This document shows positions 1 through 13,903 of a stretch of 64,000 nt of DNA, piece by piece (the first letter of the stretch is position 1; every line of letters starts with the position of its first letter). Position numbers and translations under genes: made by a program. The stretch lies in the NCBI GenBank assembly GCA_030704615.1, contig CM060733.1, positions 51,026,001 through 51,090,000 of the forward strand, given 5' to 3'. The notes under the pieces were generated by a model. The model was not told the origin of the DNA and made no database searches. It saw only the letters and a program-made list of their open reading frames with translations. The stretch comes from Takakia lepidozioides (lineage: Eukaryota; Plantae; Bryophyta).

Positions 1-262
1 TTAGGACTGACACTTCTTGTTAGTACTAACTCTTTGGTTGGTTTAGGCTGTCAGTTTTTGTACTGCTGCTTGTGCTAGAAGCTATCTGTCAATATCACTA
101 GGAGGTAGAGGACAGGTCTAGTTTCCAACAGTGTATCCTTTACATGCCAAGTGCCGCTTAACCACATAACCGTGCGAAGTGATAATCACCCAACAGACAT
201 CCAAAGGCAGGGTGAACAACAGTCTGAGAATACAGATCCTCTATGCCTCACCAGAAACCCAC

Positions 263-3200
263 CTCAGAAAGTAAAGATTGCAATCCTAACATGACTCGTT
301 TCAAGTCTGCTTCCAAGACCGGCAAGTGGCCCTTGCGCACCATCTGCTCCTCAAGACTCTCAATCTCGTCTTTCACGTGCTGTTCCTCAGCCACGGTCTC
401 TCGGTAATTCAAGTTATCGTCAATGTTCCGCTTTAGTTCGGCTTGATTTCCAAGCAAGTCTTCCAACTTTTTATTCTCTCCCTCCATGTGCTTGACCTGC
501 ACCTTTTTCTCTTCAATTGCAGCTGTAGTCTCAGAGATCTGATCATTTACCTCCCTCAGCCGATCCTCTTTTCCCGACACCACAAACCTGTCAGCCAGTA
601 TAGACAATAATCAGTAAATATAGAGCCTAAAGTCATAACTTCTAAGGCTCCTGATTCTATCTCAAAATGTTATAAGAAAGTTTGTCCTTTCAGTCCATCA
701 GTTTGTCCATCAGTTTGGTTCTACCTCTCTTATCATGTCTTTAGAAACAGTATTTGTCAAATATAAAAAATACATGCAATACGGTTGCAAAGACCCCCCA
801 CCCTTCGTTTACATTGGCTCAGCCTGAGCTGGACTTGGAAAAAGCGTGCTGCACTTTGGAAATGTTTTTACATGCACTATGAAGCTTGTGCACCCACAGT
901 AAACTGGACTTCCTTCTAGCAGATCATGGTTGCCAGATTAGCATCAAGGTAATACTTGGACCTGGCACATCATGAGAAGATTGAAGTAATGGGTGAAAAG
1001 TGACGACACTTCCAAAACAAAAAGAGACTATGAATGGAAAAATAAATAAATAAAATGATGACATCCACTCCAACTGGAAGAGACAAGAAGAATGGCAACT
1101 TTTTTGGTCTAGCCTCAAAGCAGGACATTCATGATGAGTCTGCTCATCGGATGTTATGCTGCATTCTTTAGGGTGAACTATTTGCTTGGTTTCAAATTAG
1201 TCCTGGGTGAATTTTGAATGAGATATGTGTAAAGGGAAGACTTTTGAGTGTGCATGTGGTGCCATTGATATTCAGTCTACTAGTTTATAGCTGGGCTCCA
1301 ATCCTTATTGCCAATTCATTTTAAGCGGCAAGACCCAGTGCATCCATGTTTTAATATTTCAGCCTGAGGCCCAAAATGACTATGGGACCAAAATGAAATG
1401 AAATGAAATGAAATGGTGCTTTATAAAGTCCGCGGAAAGCTCAAAAGAAAGTTTGAAAATGAGGAAATTCCACAGGAGAGGCCCAAAAAAAGAATACAGA
1501 CAGATGAGCAGGGGGCAAAGAAATAGCCGTAACTTTCACATCAGATCAGAGTCAGAACCACCTACTCCTGGATTTTATCAGCCAATCTCCTCGTTGCAAC
1601 AACCTGTGTCTCAAATTTGTTCAGCTCGTCAAGCCGAATACTTTCCTCATCCATCTTTGTTTTCTTGAATTCAGAATGCTCACGCTCTTTCCGCTCTTTC
1701 TCTCTGGCTGCAGGACCCAATGCTTGCTGCAATATCTGCATGCTTAACAACCATATATAGACCATATCAGGAGACACATATCACCAGTCAGTGCATAACA
1801 ACCCCACAGGCTTTGTGCTAGTGTCTAACTTGCATACAGTTGACCACCACATTTCTGATGTTCTGAGGCTCACGTCATCTGGTTTGTAGAACGTAATGCT
1901 GGTGCAGATTTTCTCAAGTAGTGCAACCATTTTCCTAGCTTCCGAAATTGGTACTTGTAAGTTCTTTGAGACAATCCAAGTTTTCCAGGAATACAAATAT
2001 GATGCTAGATATGACGAGATATTCCCTAATCCCACAACATTAGCACACTACACTCCATATATTGCTTACTACCAAGGCACAAAACTGTAAGCTCATCTAT
2101 GATATCCCACCTGGATGTCCATGTCAACTTGTGAAATGTCGTCTTCCAGTTTCTGGTGTTCCTCTTTCTTACGGTTGAGTTCAGTTAGCTTGTGGACAGC
2201 TTTAATTTTCTCCTCCCTTGCAGTATGCCACTGTAGTGTCCATGCAGTCAAGTCATCCTTCAAGTGTGCATGGTCCTCCCGCATCTTCTCTACCTTTCTG
2301 TGCACAACCTCCCTGCATACATCACCCCGACAGATACAGGTAGATACTTGTAAGAACATCTTCCTAGACAGACCATAAGATAGTTATCTTGAGCACTAAG
2401 AGAGGTCACGTTTCAATGGCAAGATTGTCAATGGACAGTCAGGCCACAATACTACTGGCAACCTTTCCATGAGAGTTCAGAAAGCTTGCTCCAGTCTGAC
2501 CTTTTCTCTTCCATGGTTGCTAACTCAGCTGCTATGTCATCCATGGTGCGCACAGCTTGCGACCTCGAATCCAGTTTGTACTCCTGCTCATCCACTTGTA
2601 TCCTCACATTCTCAATATCCTTATAAAGCCTGGTTGCCAGATCTGATGGCACTCGCAGTGCTTCCACCATGTCCAGCTCTGCATTGGCATCTGCCAGAAG
2701 GGCCAACACCTGCAGCGACACAAACATGGTTTTGCTTGGGACACAGTACAAGCAAAACCCAAAGAGAGACAGAGGGAAGGTGACCCACACACCACCTCCA
2801 GGGACAATACAGAAACAGAGATGGAAACGAGGAGACTGACAGTAAGAAAAGCATAATTACTTTTTCTGGGGGAAGGAGCATGACAACAACTTTTGAAAGC
2901 AATAAATGAAGGGGTGGAGGGAGTGTACATCAAGGTGAGCATCAGTGTGTTTGGTTTTCGACTCAGATAACTGCTCCAGCGCTTTCTCCACCCCCGGAAT
3001 GAGATCACTGACTAATTTTTGGTAGTCATCATGCACAACACGCAGCTTGTCCAGTTGCCGTACTCTGGTCTCTGCGTCGGAAGATTGGGCTGCTAATTCT
3101 CGCAAGCACTCTGCAGTATTTGAAGCTTTCATCCGTTGCTAGACATCCAGCAGTAACCAGAACAACAACAGGTGAGTGTGTAGTAAAACCTGTGACAGGG

Positions 3201-6200
3201 AGTGTGTGGAAAATAAATTTGAAATCCAGGTTATGCTTGAGCGAAAAAGCTCTTAACTGCTTATGAGAAAGCAGCCTTGGAAGAACTGACTGATGGACCC
3301 ACTAGTACATGGTGACTGCTAAATCCTTTATCCCCACCAGGCCTGATGTCTAATTGACTCAGCAGCTGTCAATGTTCCAAAGCTGTTGAAAGATGTACAC
3401 AATCTCTGGAATAGTCACAGTATACACCAGGACATACTATTGCATTTCCAAGGCAGGTGCATAATTTCAGCAGCATCTCGACTGGGAACAACTACCCAGT
3501 AATTCTGCTACCCTATGTCATCAGCCATGAAGTTCCAATGGTCAGTCTGTCGAAAGATTGACAAGAATACTCTTTGCTGTACATGCTACAGATGCTCTCA
3601 AAAACTTGAGTGTTTGCAGCTCATGACTCCAAGCAACACAGACATATTAACCAAGGATAGCAAGGATAAAGTAGCTGCTCCAGAGACCCACTTTTTTGAC
3701 AAAGTCATCCTCCTCTACGGGAGAAAAGGCACGCTCGCAGCATGGGCAAGCATGGGTAAGTCGAGCCACTTCCTCAAATGGACGAAACATACGACGCATT
3801 CCGTCCGCCATGTCATGTTCACTGCCACAGTAAGTGATAATTTCAGAATATATGACCAGCAATACACGGGCTACAGCATGTAACCAGTAAAGTTCATGCA
3901 GAAGTACTATGAACATTACTAACTTTGTTCCTCTGGAGAGTGGATCAAAGATACTCTGTAGCGAGAAGAACCTCTTTTTCATCTCCTTTTTGTCGTTAGC
4001 TTCCTGGAATTGTATCTGGAACTCATCCACGTCCACAGTCAACTGCAGAATGGAACTCAACCTATCCAGCAGCATCTTCCTCTTTGCTGCAGGCCCACAA
4101 CCCACATGTCTTTAGCATTTCTGCTCCGGCATGCCTTCGACACATTGAAGGTGACCTTCCAAGGTGGAAGAGTACAGCCTTTCAGATGCTTGCAAAACTC
4201 TACTCACTTGAATGTCTCTATGAGTATATTGAGTGCGATTGAATGGCAGCTGAAATGACAGGGAGACTGAAAAATGCTTATATGTAGGCATGCAAAAGTT
4301 GGACAGTTTGGCTATAGAAGATCAACATCGCATCTTTTGGCAACTTAACCATCACGTCTCTTCACACAGCAGTTTTTGAAGAAATTGTAACCTGATTCAT
4401 CAATTAGGCACTTCAGTCAAGTCAACTCACAGTCACGGTCACGCTGATATTTCTGGAGATTGTTATGCGCTTCTTGAATCCTTGATGATATCTTTGCAAT
4501 CTCCTTGTCAGCTTCCACGGACCTCTGGTTTAAGTCAGTTGTTACCGCCTTGCTTGCACTGCAAAGAAAATGACAGGGAGATGCTTGTCAAGAGTGTTGA
4601 CTATTTCTAATCTCCTTCATAAACTGACACAGAGACAGGAGGAAGTGAGGGACCTTGCCTTCGTGCAGCATCAATTTCCCTCTTCAAATCCTTTGCATCA
4701 GGTACCCGTCCCTTGAGGACCTTCTTGATTTTCTCGCTGTTGTCTGCTACACTGTGGGTGATCAAGTTATGAAGGTTAGCATTCCTGAAAGACAACTAAA
4801 GGCTACAATTATCAGAATGTGAGAGTTCTAAGAAGATTACGAACCAGGGACTGTGAGTTGATTGACTGTGGGGCACTTCTCTTGAATTTCTATACAGATA
4901 TGTGTGGCTAAAGTGCCCCCACATTACATGATTCTCTTGTTCACAGCTGTTAAACTTGATAAATACACAAGTGATGAAAAGCAAATAGGAGAGACTTCAG
5001 GCATTTAGCATGACTAGTCCTTGTGGGCATTCCACACCTACAGTCAGAGCAGCACATGGACCCACGGGCCCTACCGAATCTGACGATTAGTTCAATCCTC
5101 AGTACCACTTAGCAGAATGATTGGACTATTTTGCACCTGTAGATTATTCTTGTGTTATTGTGTCAAGATTGGCCCACAAGCTGACTGGCAGTTCTACCTG
5201 GCTGTATGAACAGGTGCTAAGAAGCCATACTGAACTGCCAGATGCCAGGTCCTAGATAGAAAATGGAAGGAAAAAAGATCTTGGAGACAACATTTTTTGG
5301 AGGCTGGCCTCCTTGTCTGAGAGCTCCTCTCTCTTCAATTTCAATTGCACACGATCTGTTGACTCGCTTGCTAGCCCATCCTTCTCACGGCGCAGCACTT
5401 TGATTTTCTTCTCCAAGCTGGCAACTTCACCTTTCCCATTGTCGATCATTTCCTCATACTGATGGGCATTCAGTCTTGTGGTCAGATTATTAACCTCTGT
5501 GTTCTGTACAACAAAACAGCTCCCCAGTTTCCAATCAATACCAGCCTGCCCTACGCACTAAAAACAGACATAGACCAGAGGCTGCACAGCATTGACAATT
5601 GCTAGACCATCCAGAGGCAAGAAATGCGTCTAGATGGAGAGTGTTGCATCACATCACAGAATATATATAACTTGAGAAGGTCTCAGTTCCTCTACACAAA
5701 TACTAGGGATGTCCCTGAAAGGCATGCCCAGCTGTTGCCCTGTTAACATTAGCCCAAAAGATGGTATAAAAGTATTTAAGAGGAATGTAGAAGCATCCAT
5801 GCTCATTGAAAATACTTACTGCCTTACTCTCAGCTGCTTCAATTCGTCGAATTTCATGTTCAGAAAGATTGAGAGAATCAGCTGCAATATCCTCATCCAG
5901 CTGTATGATCCTTGCCTTCATAGAATCCTGACCAAGAAAATAGACACCCACCGCCTGTGTCTGAATGGCCAAATGTCTCCTCGGACAGTTTCTCTCGAAA
6001 ACGTGGGACTTGTGAACAATAAAGTGCTTACCAAGTGAGCATGGACGTGCACCCCCAATGTGTGATGCAGATTGTGAGTACTTCATTTATAATTTCGTGG
6101 CAATCAACACTACAATCTGACATGCAGCTACTGAAGCCAAAAAAGCAAAATTTCTCATGACCCAATGATACATCTACATATGGCGATGAAGTAAGTGAAA

Positions 6201-9200
6201 TGAGAGAAGATACCTTATCACGTTCTTTTGACTTGACCCGATTAGTGGCTTCAAGGTATTTGTTCGTCGAATCTTGGACATCCCTCCACATCTTTGAAAT
6301 CTCTGCATAATTTGAGTCCTGCCATCGAAGTGAAGGCAAACGCACCTCAAGGAAACAGTAAGACGTTAACAAACAGATTGCACCTTCTGACTTGTAGCCT
6401 ACTTTCTTCTCTCATTTGGGTACTTCTGGTCCCTTCACTGGACATAATAAAGCTCATTGTTTCCTTCTTGGCCCCTATAAAGTATCATTTCATTTCTTTC
6501 TTCTCTCCCCTTTCTGCTCAATCCATTCAGTGCATGCTGGGTCTATCGCTACAAGACTCTGGCAAGCATATTTCATGAGTATGGCGCCACTGTTATAGTG
6601 TGCCCCTCGTCCCTCGGCTCTTTCTTTCTGCTTGAACTGCTTCATTCTTTCTTTGAGCTTTCCGCAGACATTGTATATTGTCATTTCATTTTAATTCATT
6701 CTTTTTCTTTTTTCTTTTTCTTGAATTCACTCTCGGATTGAGATAGCCAGATGGGAGAACCTGCGGCAATCAGATGGTCTGTCTGATTGCACAAAAAGGG
6801 GAGGCCAAAGAATTTAGACAGAGCACTGCTTCTTTTGTTCTCCCACTGTAATGAGGCCCTTTCAGAAATGCTCATCCTTCACAGAAGTTCTCAATTAAGA
6901 AGACCAGCATGCCTACCACCTAACTGCACGAGGCCCTCCAGATTCAGGACTCTCTGGATAGCAGTCCTAACCAGTAGTTGTAGTGCTTGTCGTGGAAGTT
7001 ATAGCCGATCTCATCCTTTGTCTCACAGGTTCTTCAAGCTTCAAGTGAACACCATCAAGTAGCTGAAACCAAGTGTGTAAGGTTCTGGCCACTCGATGGG
7101 CTGGATGTTAACTCCCTTTCTCCTTCCTATACTTTCTTCTTTTTCTACATAGAAACCTTTTGCCAGTAGAGGAATTGAAGGTACAAATGCATGACTTACC
7201 CTCAGCTGGGCAAGGTCAGTCTGTAACTCCTTCAAGCGTTCACCAGCTCGTTTAATGAGGCGCCTTCCTTCCTCATCACTCAAAGCTTGGATGCCCACGT
7301 TTCCAAGGTTGTGCTCTTTGAAGAGATTACGGACCTGGGACTCAAACTCTATCTGCACTCTTTTATTTGCCTGCATTCCACACACTCACATGTCACTCTC
7401 TCTTTGGTTCTAATTGTGTTCTACTCCTTTGGGCCATTTTGGACTCCCACCTGAAGTACCCAACTCTGTCCCTCCCTCTTTCTTGTTGCATGCTTTCTCT
7501 TGTCCCATATTGAGCTTTACGCAGACATTATAAATTATCATTTCTTTTGTTCTTTCCTGCTTAGTTCGTCTTCGGGTGTCCTGTATCCTGAAGTACTTAT
7601 TGGATTGTTCCACACTGTCCCAGGGGCCCTGGTGGCCCATTATGGATGTGCTAAAGTTCTTTCTTTGGGATAAAGCTTTCTCTTCTAAGGGCATTGGGGA
7701 GGTTTAGGGTGGGCTCCCACAGTCTGCGATAGATTGTACTCATAGAGACTGGTAGGTGGGACAACCTTCAACATGATGCCTATGCCCTGCTTAAGCTGGG
7801 AACAACAGGGAAATCGAAAGTGAAGAACATTTCTTCCTTCACTGTCCCTTCTACTAAAACCATGGGAGATTCTATTGTCTATTCTGTGATATCCTATCTT
7901 TCAGGGAGGTCTCCATTACGAGGATCAGAAGTGCTTAGCAGCATACCTGCATGTGTCGTTGACTCTTAGACAATAGCAAAAGTTGTTTTGGGGATGCTTG
8001 TGGAGGGCCCCTCTTTCTTACACTATTCAAGCTTTCCACGAACATTATAAAGTACTATTTCATTTCATTTTTGCTTTGTTTTGTTGTTTCCTGCGAGTCT
8101 AAAATCAACCCCCTTACAAGGATGAGTGCATACCTTCACTTCAGCCACCAGTTCGCCTTGGACCCGGCAATCTCTGCTATGGCTGTCCGTGAGTGTCTGG
8201 ATCGAAATTTTAGCATTCTTGAGGTCTCTTTCCATTGCTCTGTTCTTCAATGTTAAGTTCCCCAAGTTATCTTCAAGCCCTTTACGCCATCTATTAAGGT
8301 CTTCATCTGGGTCTGGTCACAACTCACTGGGGTCAATTTCCATCGAAGTGAAAATATTTGAGAAACTCAGGATGCTGAGTAGCACAGCTCTGCATTTGTG
8401 CACCTTGTGTCCAAGCAACAGTCCTTTGCCACATCTAACAGAACGGGAAGGGAATCGCCAGGGGGAAATATACTTGTCTACAGTACACAGCCTCAAACCT
8501 TAATGCAAAGTGGACGCCATGCAGCTACAAGTGTGATTTGTTACCTTAACAGAAGATTGGCAACAGTCACCCATAGAACTACCAACACTGACTTCACTTT
8601 TGAGAGTAGATGACCCCACAGTGGCAGAAATATTGGTTAGACAACAAAAGGATGACCATGCCCAGGCAACAAGACTGACCTTCATTCTCTTCCTTCAGAT
8701 CCTGAAACTGCTTCTCTTTAAGTTTTATCAAATCCTCTCTTCTCGCAGCCTTGATCCGGATATCCTCCTGCAGCTGCCGTACTTCCTTCAAAACACCTTC
8801 CATGACACTAATTCTACTCCGCGTATCACCAATCTTTTTCTCCAGATCACTCATCTGTAAACGCAAGTGATCGGACTTCCCTTGATCTTGTTCAATGCTC
8901 TCTTGAAGCTGCAAGGGGAACAATCAGGATATTGAGCCCAGAGAATGAAGAAAAATCAAGAGTCTAAAAGGTACAATTCACATTCTCTTGTGTTGCTTAT
9001 TCGAGCTCAGACTGTACTGAACTCCATTCAGGAATTGTAAAAGGAAAGCTGATAGGCTCTTCTCCTTACTGACCGAAGCATTCAGTCCATGTCATACCAC
9101 TAATCTGGTCAAGATTCGGGAAAGATACCCCTGATATAACAAAGGAGATCAAAAGCTGAGTTACCTCTTAAGAAGTAACAGGCAGGTTCTCATCAAGCAA

Positions 9201-12200
9201 CGGCATGATTCTCTGACAGTGGACACTACCCCAGCTGTAATGAGAGGAATGCACAGGGATAACAAGTACACACTTGAATCATTCCTCAATTATTCAGTGG
9301 TTGTTACCAATTGCCAGTAACGGAGAATTCATTCCCTGCAATAATTTTAGAGACTTAGGAGGTCAAGCAAAAGACTGTACCCACGAATATCTTATACACT
9401 ACAAGAGGTCTATGACATTCGCCAGTTGAACCCAAATGCTCATTTGCGGATTGAACGAACCCCCAACTGGCTGCCAAGTGGAACTCCCTGCTCTCTCCAC
9501 AGAGCTGCATCTGCTTTGGAAGAACTTCTATCTCACAAGCAAGAGGGTGAACCTCTAGCTAGCAATGCACTCTCACCGACCAGTACCAGACCTTGTAAGC
9601 TGCGTCCTTCAAAGTCTGAAGATTCTCCAGTTTGAGTTTGTACGTCTTGATTTCTTGGGCTTGGTCTTTGTGTAATTTCTTGATCACTTCCAAAGCCTTT
9701 GTATACCTAGCACATCAGCAAATAGTGGTCAATATCGATCCAAAGGTGTTTGGACCAAAGCCAGTTTGATTGTCACAACATTTTTGTTTCCCTGCTCCAA
9801 AATTGTAGGAGGACTGACCAAGCCATGAGACCCCAGTGAGTATTGCACCTAGTGGCAGAGAAGATGTCATCGAACTTCTTCTTCAGGACAGAGGCTTCAG
9901 CCAATGGCCAATTGGCTTCATCCTGGTGGACAAATATCACATTCTCCAAAATTGCTTTAGATACTCCCATGAGAGCTGGTACTTCTCTGTCCATGTCTGC
10001 ACACCGATAGCTCAGGCAAACTTTCTGCTAGCCCCACACACAATGGCCATTCTTAGGTCAGGTTCCATGACAATTACACAAAAATCAGTGGCATGATATT
10101 AACCAGGACAGATTGTTAACAGAATTCCTCACTGTTGGGTCTTGCCAATCAAGACCCCTGAACAAATTTGACTACAACTCTCATTAAAGGACTGTCATTC
10201 AGATCGGATTTGGTTATTTGCTGACACATACCTCACCCGTGACAGAATTAATGGTCTGAAGAACACTCTCAATGGCCTTGTATTCCAGTTTTGATGCTTT
10301 CTGAGTAAGCTGGAATGACCGAATGCACACAACATCCTTTCCTGCAGCTGTCTTGAACCTCAATTTTATTTGCCCTTTGGTCTCTGTCTCTCCAGCCACC
10401 TGGGCATCTCAGCAAACTGCCTCAGTTGATGGAAGCACAGTATTAAGCTCATAAATCTTCAAACAAACTGACCAATTCGTTCATTTCTTTTCAGTATAAA
10501 CAAGATTGTACAAATAGTGTGATCATAAACATCAAAATTTAAAAATTCCACAAGAAGTGCATACCCCCTCTAATAATTGGAGGCCTCCAAATGATCGTTT
10601 GATCCTAATCCTCTCAGCACCTTCAAAACCTAACAAACAATGTTTCCCATGGCCATATGCTTCTCAATGCTATGGACAAGTAAATACTTTCCCTTTTATA
10701 GAACTGGTGATTGCGCTAGGAAGGTTTTCCATACCTTAGGGTCATGAATGAACATCTGGCCTGATCTAGAATTGGGAGGCAGCTCCCCTGTGCATGCATT
10801 CTTCAAGCACTCAATTATTGTCTGCTTTCATCAACATGAGAGTCATGGTGTCAACTTCTGTAGAACACAATTGACTTCAAGAGCAAACTGAACCATGACT
10901 ACTAGCTTTTGAGAGCAACATGCAACAGTCACAAAAAAAATACTGGCTTTCCAGCATTGGATGCGACGATGACATGCACTCCAAGTACAAGAGCCATAAC
11001 AAGCCCATCTCGCTCGCCCAATAACCACAGCTAACTTATCAAAGGCTACATTTGTAGATGATTAGTACTGTGAACCACAAGTACCTGCAAGATCATGTGG
11101 CAAACATCCTCTGCCAGTGGCTTGGGCAGACATCTTCATTAGTTGGTTCCTGACAAAAGTTAACCCTCTGCACAACATTTTCTGCTGTAGCCAAGTTTGA
11201 AGGGGTTGGAGCGATCCCAGCACCCAGTATGCCAATACCATCAACTAAATTTCCATGGTGAATAAGTTTATAGATTGCAGGGCTGGTGCTCTGCTCGGTA
11301 GAGACATAGTGCTAATGCAATTACACCAATACACTATTAAAATTTCTTTCTTTCTTCCCAGATTTTGTATGCGGAATCTCGTAAACAGAGGTACAGGAAC
11401 AAATCCCTCAATGGATTTGAAGAGGGCGGCGTCTCTCTGGTGAGAGTACCCAGGACAATGAATCAGAAAGTGGATAGTGTCTTCAGGTTGCCCACACAGC
11501 GGGCATTTACAATCCCCCTTTCCTCTCTGCATCTGTTTGCTGTTCAAAGGTAGGCTTGCCGCCCTGAGTTTTAAATTAAGTCTAGTGCCAGAGTGGGTAA
11601 AGCTTGAGGATCCACTCTGCGGATAGAGACTGGTAGGTGGGACAACCTGCGAAGTGAGGACCGCCTGTGGCCGAATGCACTGGGAACAACCGGGAAATCG
11701 AAAGTGAAGAACATTTCTACTTTCACTCTCCTCTCTACTTCGAGATCTGTGGGAGATTCTATTGTCTATTCTGAGATGCTCAATCACAAACGTCTTCCAT
11801 TCCAAGGATCAGAAATGCTTAGCTGCATATCTGCAAGAGTCGTTAACTCTTAGACAAACCCTTGAGCACTAGTTGTTTTGGGCTGCTTGTGGAGGGCCCC
11901 TCTCTCTTTCTTGTTTCATGCTTTCTCTTGTCCCATATTGAGCTTTCCGCAGTTGTTAAGAAGTATCATTTTCTTCAGTCATTCTATTTGCAGGACCTAA
12001 GGATCAGCAGACGTATGCACCACTAGCATGTTGGTTTTGAAGAATGGCAGAATTCCACATTCTCACAGAGACATATGTGCAGAAGATGCGAGCCAGCTCA
12101 AACCAAATCCCAGTTCTATAAGTTACACTTTCAGAGTTTTGACAGATAATCGCACCAGCATGCCTTCCTCTACCTCTCCCCTGACCTTGAAATCCCCCAC

Positions 12201-12529
12201 GAGCCCTTTGTCCACCCGGGAGTTTTTTCCAACATACTTCGGACCGAGACATGACGAGTATAACACCTAACAAGGTTCTCGGCTTTCTCCTTTCTCTGGA
12301 TTGCATAAGCTCTATGGACTCCTGTGCTCGTACCGTTGTACATATTGCGGGGACAAATTATTGAAACACGCAATTACAAGTTTGAGGCATTATGTAAGGA
12401 GCTCACAGTCTTTCCAGCACCGTTCGGCCCCACGATGAGTGTAAGAGGCTTGAAGAACGTGATGACCCGCGTATTCTCAGGATCGAAACTCCGAATTCCC
12501 TTTATCAGCATCTTATCGACCGTACTCAT
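263..12529 (-). CDS. RAD50: DNA repair protein RAD50 (5' ~1085 codons; 3' end lies beyond the window start)
   Basis: The N-terminus [30 protein letters not shown] has the Walker A motif. Also present: [13 protein letters not shown], long coiled coils and the zinc hook HACPCCER. Exons reconstructed by hand: 12529-12407, 10821-10735, 10399-10232, 10024-9849, 9706-9592, 8908-8680, 8312-8134, 7370-7200, 6318-6214, 5927-5820, 5503-5292, 4751-4659, 4558-4431, 4086-3972, 3821-3692, 3138-2929, 2709-2501, 2312-2111, 1735-1566, 587-263. They total 3255 nt with the frame preserved. All introns are GT-AG except one GC-AG. Confidence 0.97.
1391..1480 (-). mobile_element. 3' end of LINE family with (ATTTC)n tail, in a RAD50 intron
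   Basis: The reverse complement reads GAGCTTTCCGCGGACTTTATAAAGCACC(ATTTC)4, the same terminus as 52391-52430. Confidence 0.75.
7560..8070 (+). mobile_element. 5'-truncated non-LTR retrotransposon (RTE-X-like) 3' fragment
   Basis: Encodes degenerate [15 protein letters not shown]...[15 protein letters not shown], a C-terminal CCHC region. It ends in the ..TTATAAAGTAC-ATTTCATTTCATT tail and is similar to 11600-11985. Shorter tail-only copies lie at ~6620-6700 and ~7480-7545. Confidence 0.8.
11245..11595 (-). mobile_element. Non-LTR retrotransposon RT C-terminal zinc-knuckle fragment
   Basis: The ORF track shows [11 protein letters not shown]...[24 protein letters not shown], a CCHC motif typical of LINE ORF2 ends. 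Confidence 0.75.
11600..11985 (+). mobile_element. 5'-truncated RTE-X-like LINE 3' fragment
   Basis: [17 protein letters not shown]...[26 protein letters not shown]. Shares long identity blocks with 7740-8070 and 52258-52430. Confidence 0.8.
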
Positions 12530-13903
12530 GATGCCCTTCCGCACTAGCTCCCGATACCAATTCCTCCTCCCACACGATCAAGCCCACGAATGCACCAGAG
12601 TCTTCGCAACAACACAGCCGGTGCCCCCTTGTCTTTCAACAGACACACTGCCTCCTGCATGGGCTGCCCAATTCTGTCTGGCTGCCACCACCCTGTTGAA
12701 TGCTCCACATTCCTCGAGTTCTATGCATGCAATCTACCACGCATCAATCCAAACTCTGTCATACATATTGACAGACTCTTCCCTTCTCTTAAACCCTCAC
12801 TTCTGATTAGCGGAATCAGACTCTCAAAATCCATCTAAACGAACCCCCAAACATTCTTCCTCTCTCCCTCTCCCTCCCTCTCTTTCTGGATCTCAAATCT
12901 GTAAATCTCAGCGCTCTGTGATACGGCCACGTAAACCTTCCAGGCTTTAGACAGAGGGTTGTTGCATTCTCGTCCACGTTAGGTGTGGCTCATCGTTCGC
13001 TTGTTTCGTCCATTTCTCCGTTCGCGTTTACTTCCAGAGAGGTCGAGCCCGCGCGCTTCCTCGCGAGCACAGACAGCCTCCATGGTCGCAGTTTCTTGGG
13101 GAACTGAGCGTGCTGTGATGCATTGGACGCTGACAATGGATTTTGTAATGTTGGATAGCCAGAGTGATTCCTGCGAGTCTGGTGATGAAGATGTCCATTT
13201 TGTATATGTAGGGTAATGCGATTGATTGATCTCTCCTGGATAAGTGGAAATTCAGTTTGATGGAGAGTTGAATAAACTACATCACTCATCACTCCGTGAT
13301 CATTTATGAGGAGAATGTATTACCGAAGAGTTCGAAATTATGTGTTGTTCAGTTTGTTTGAAGGAGGCTCTTCAGGCTTTGCTAGAATCTTCTTGTAGAT
13401 CAAGGATAGAAATTTGTCGTAGCGATGCGAGTCGGATCCCGATTCTCTTAAGTGAAAGGAAAGATCTGCACTCAAGTTTCTCAGGGGCGATGTGATTCAA
13501 TCCTGAATCAGCTGTGGAATTTCAGTTAAGTCGATTGAGGAAATGGAGAGAAAAGAAAGTACATGCTAAAGCGGCCTCCTGCTCTGATCTATACTTCTGG
13601 TCGTGGGGCGTCAATTTGACTGCACATCCAAAAATTCTTGCGGATCCTCCACCCGTGACTGTGTTATCCTGAATTGGTTGATAATTTTGTGTGCGGATGT
13701 GGCCCATTTAGGACACCTGTTTCACGTCATCAAATTTCACAAATTTTCACCTTTGGTGCCAAGCTCTTCGTATTCCTCACCTCATAAAATCTGCATCAGT
13801 ATCTGTCGAGATGAGTTTTAGCACAATGAATTCGCATATCCACGGAATGAGAAAGGGATGTGGAGGGCTTCTACCTTTAGCCTGATAGAAAAAGAAGCTC
13901 AAA

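Noticed and set aside
12324-12806. 160-aa plus-strand ORF
   Set aside because: Antisense shadow of RAD50 exon 1 and its 5' UTR. Most short ORFs in 1-20 kb are similar shadows or intron read-through.
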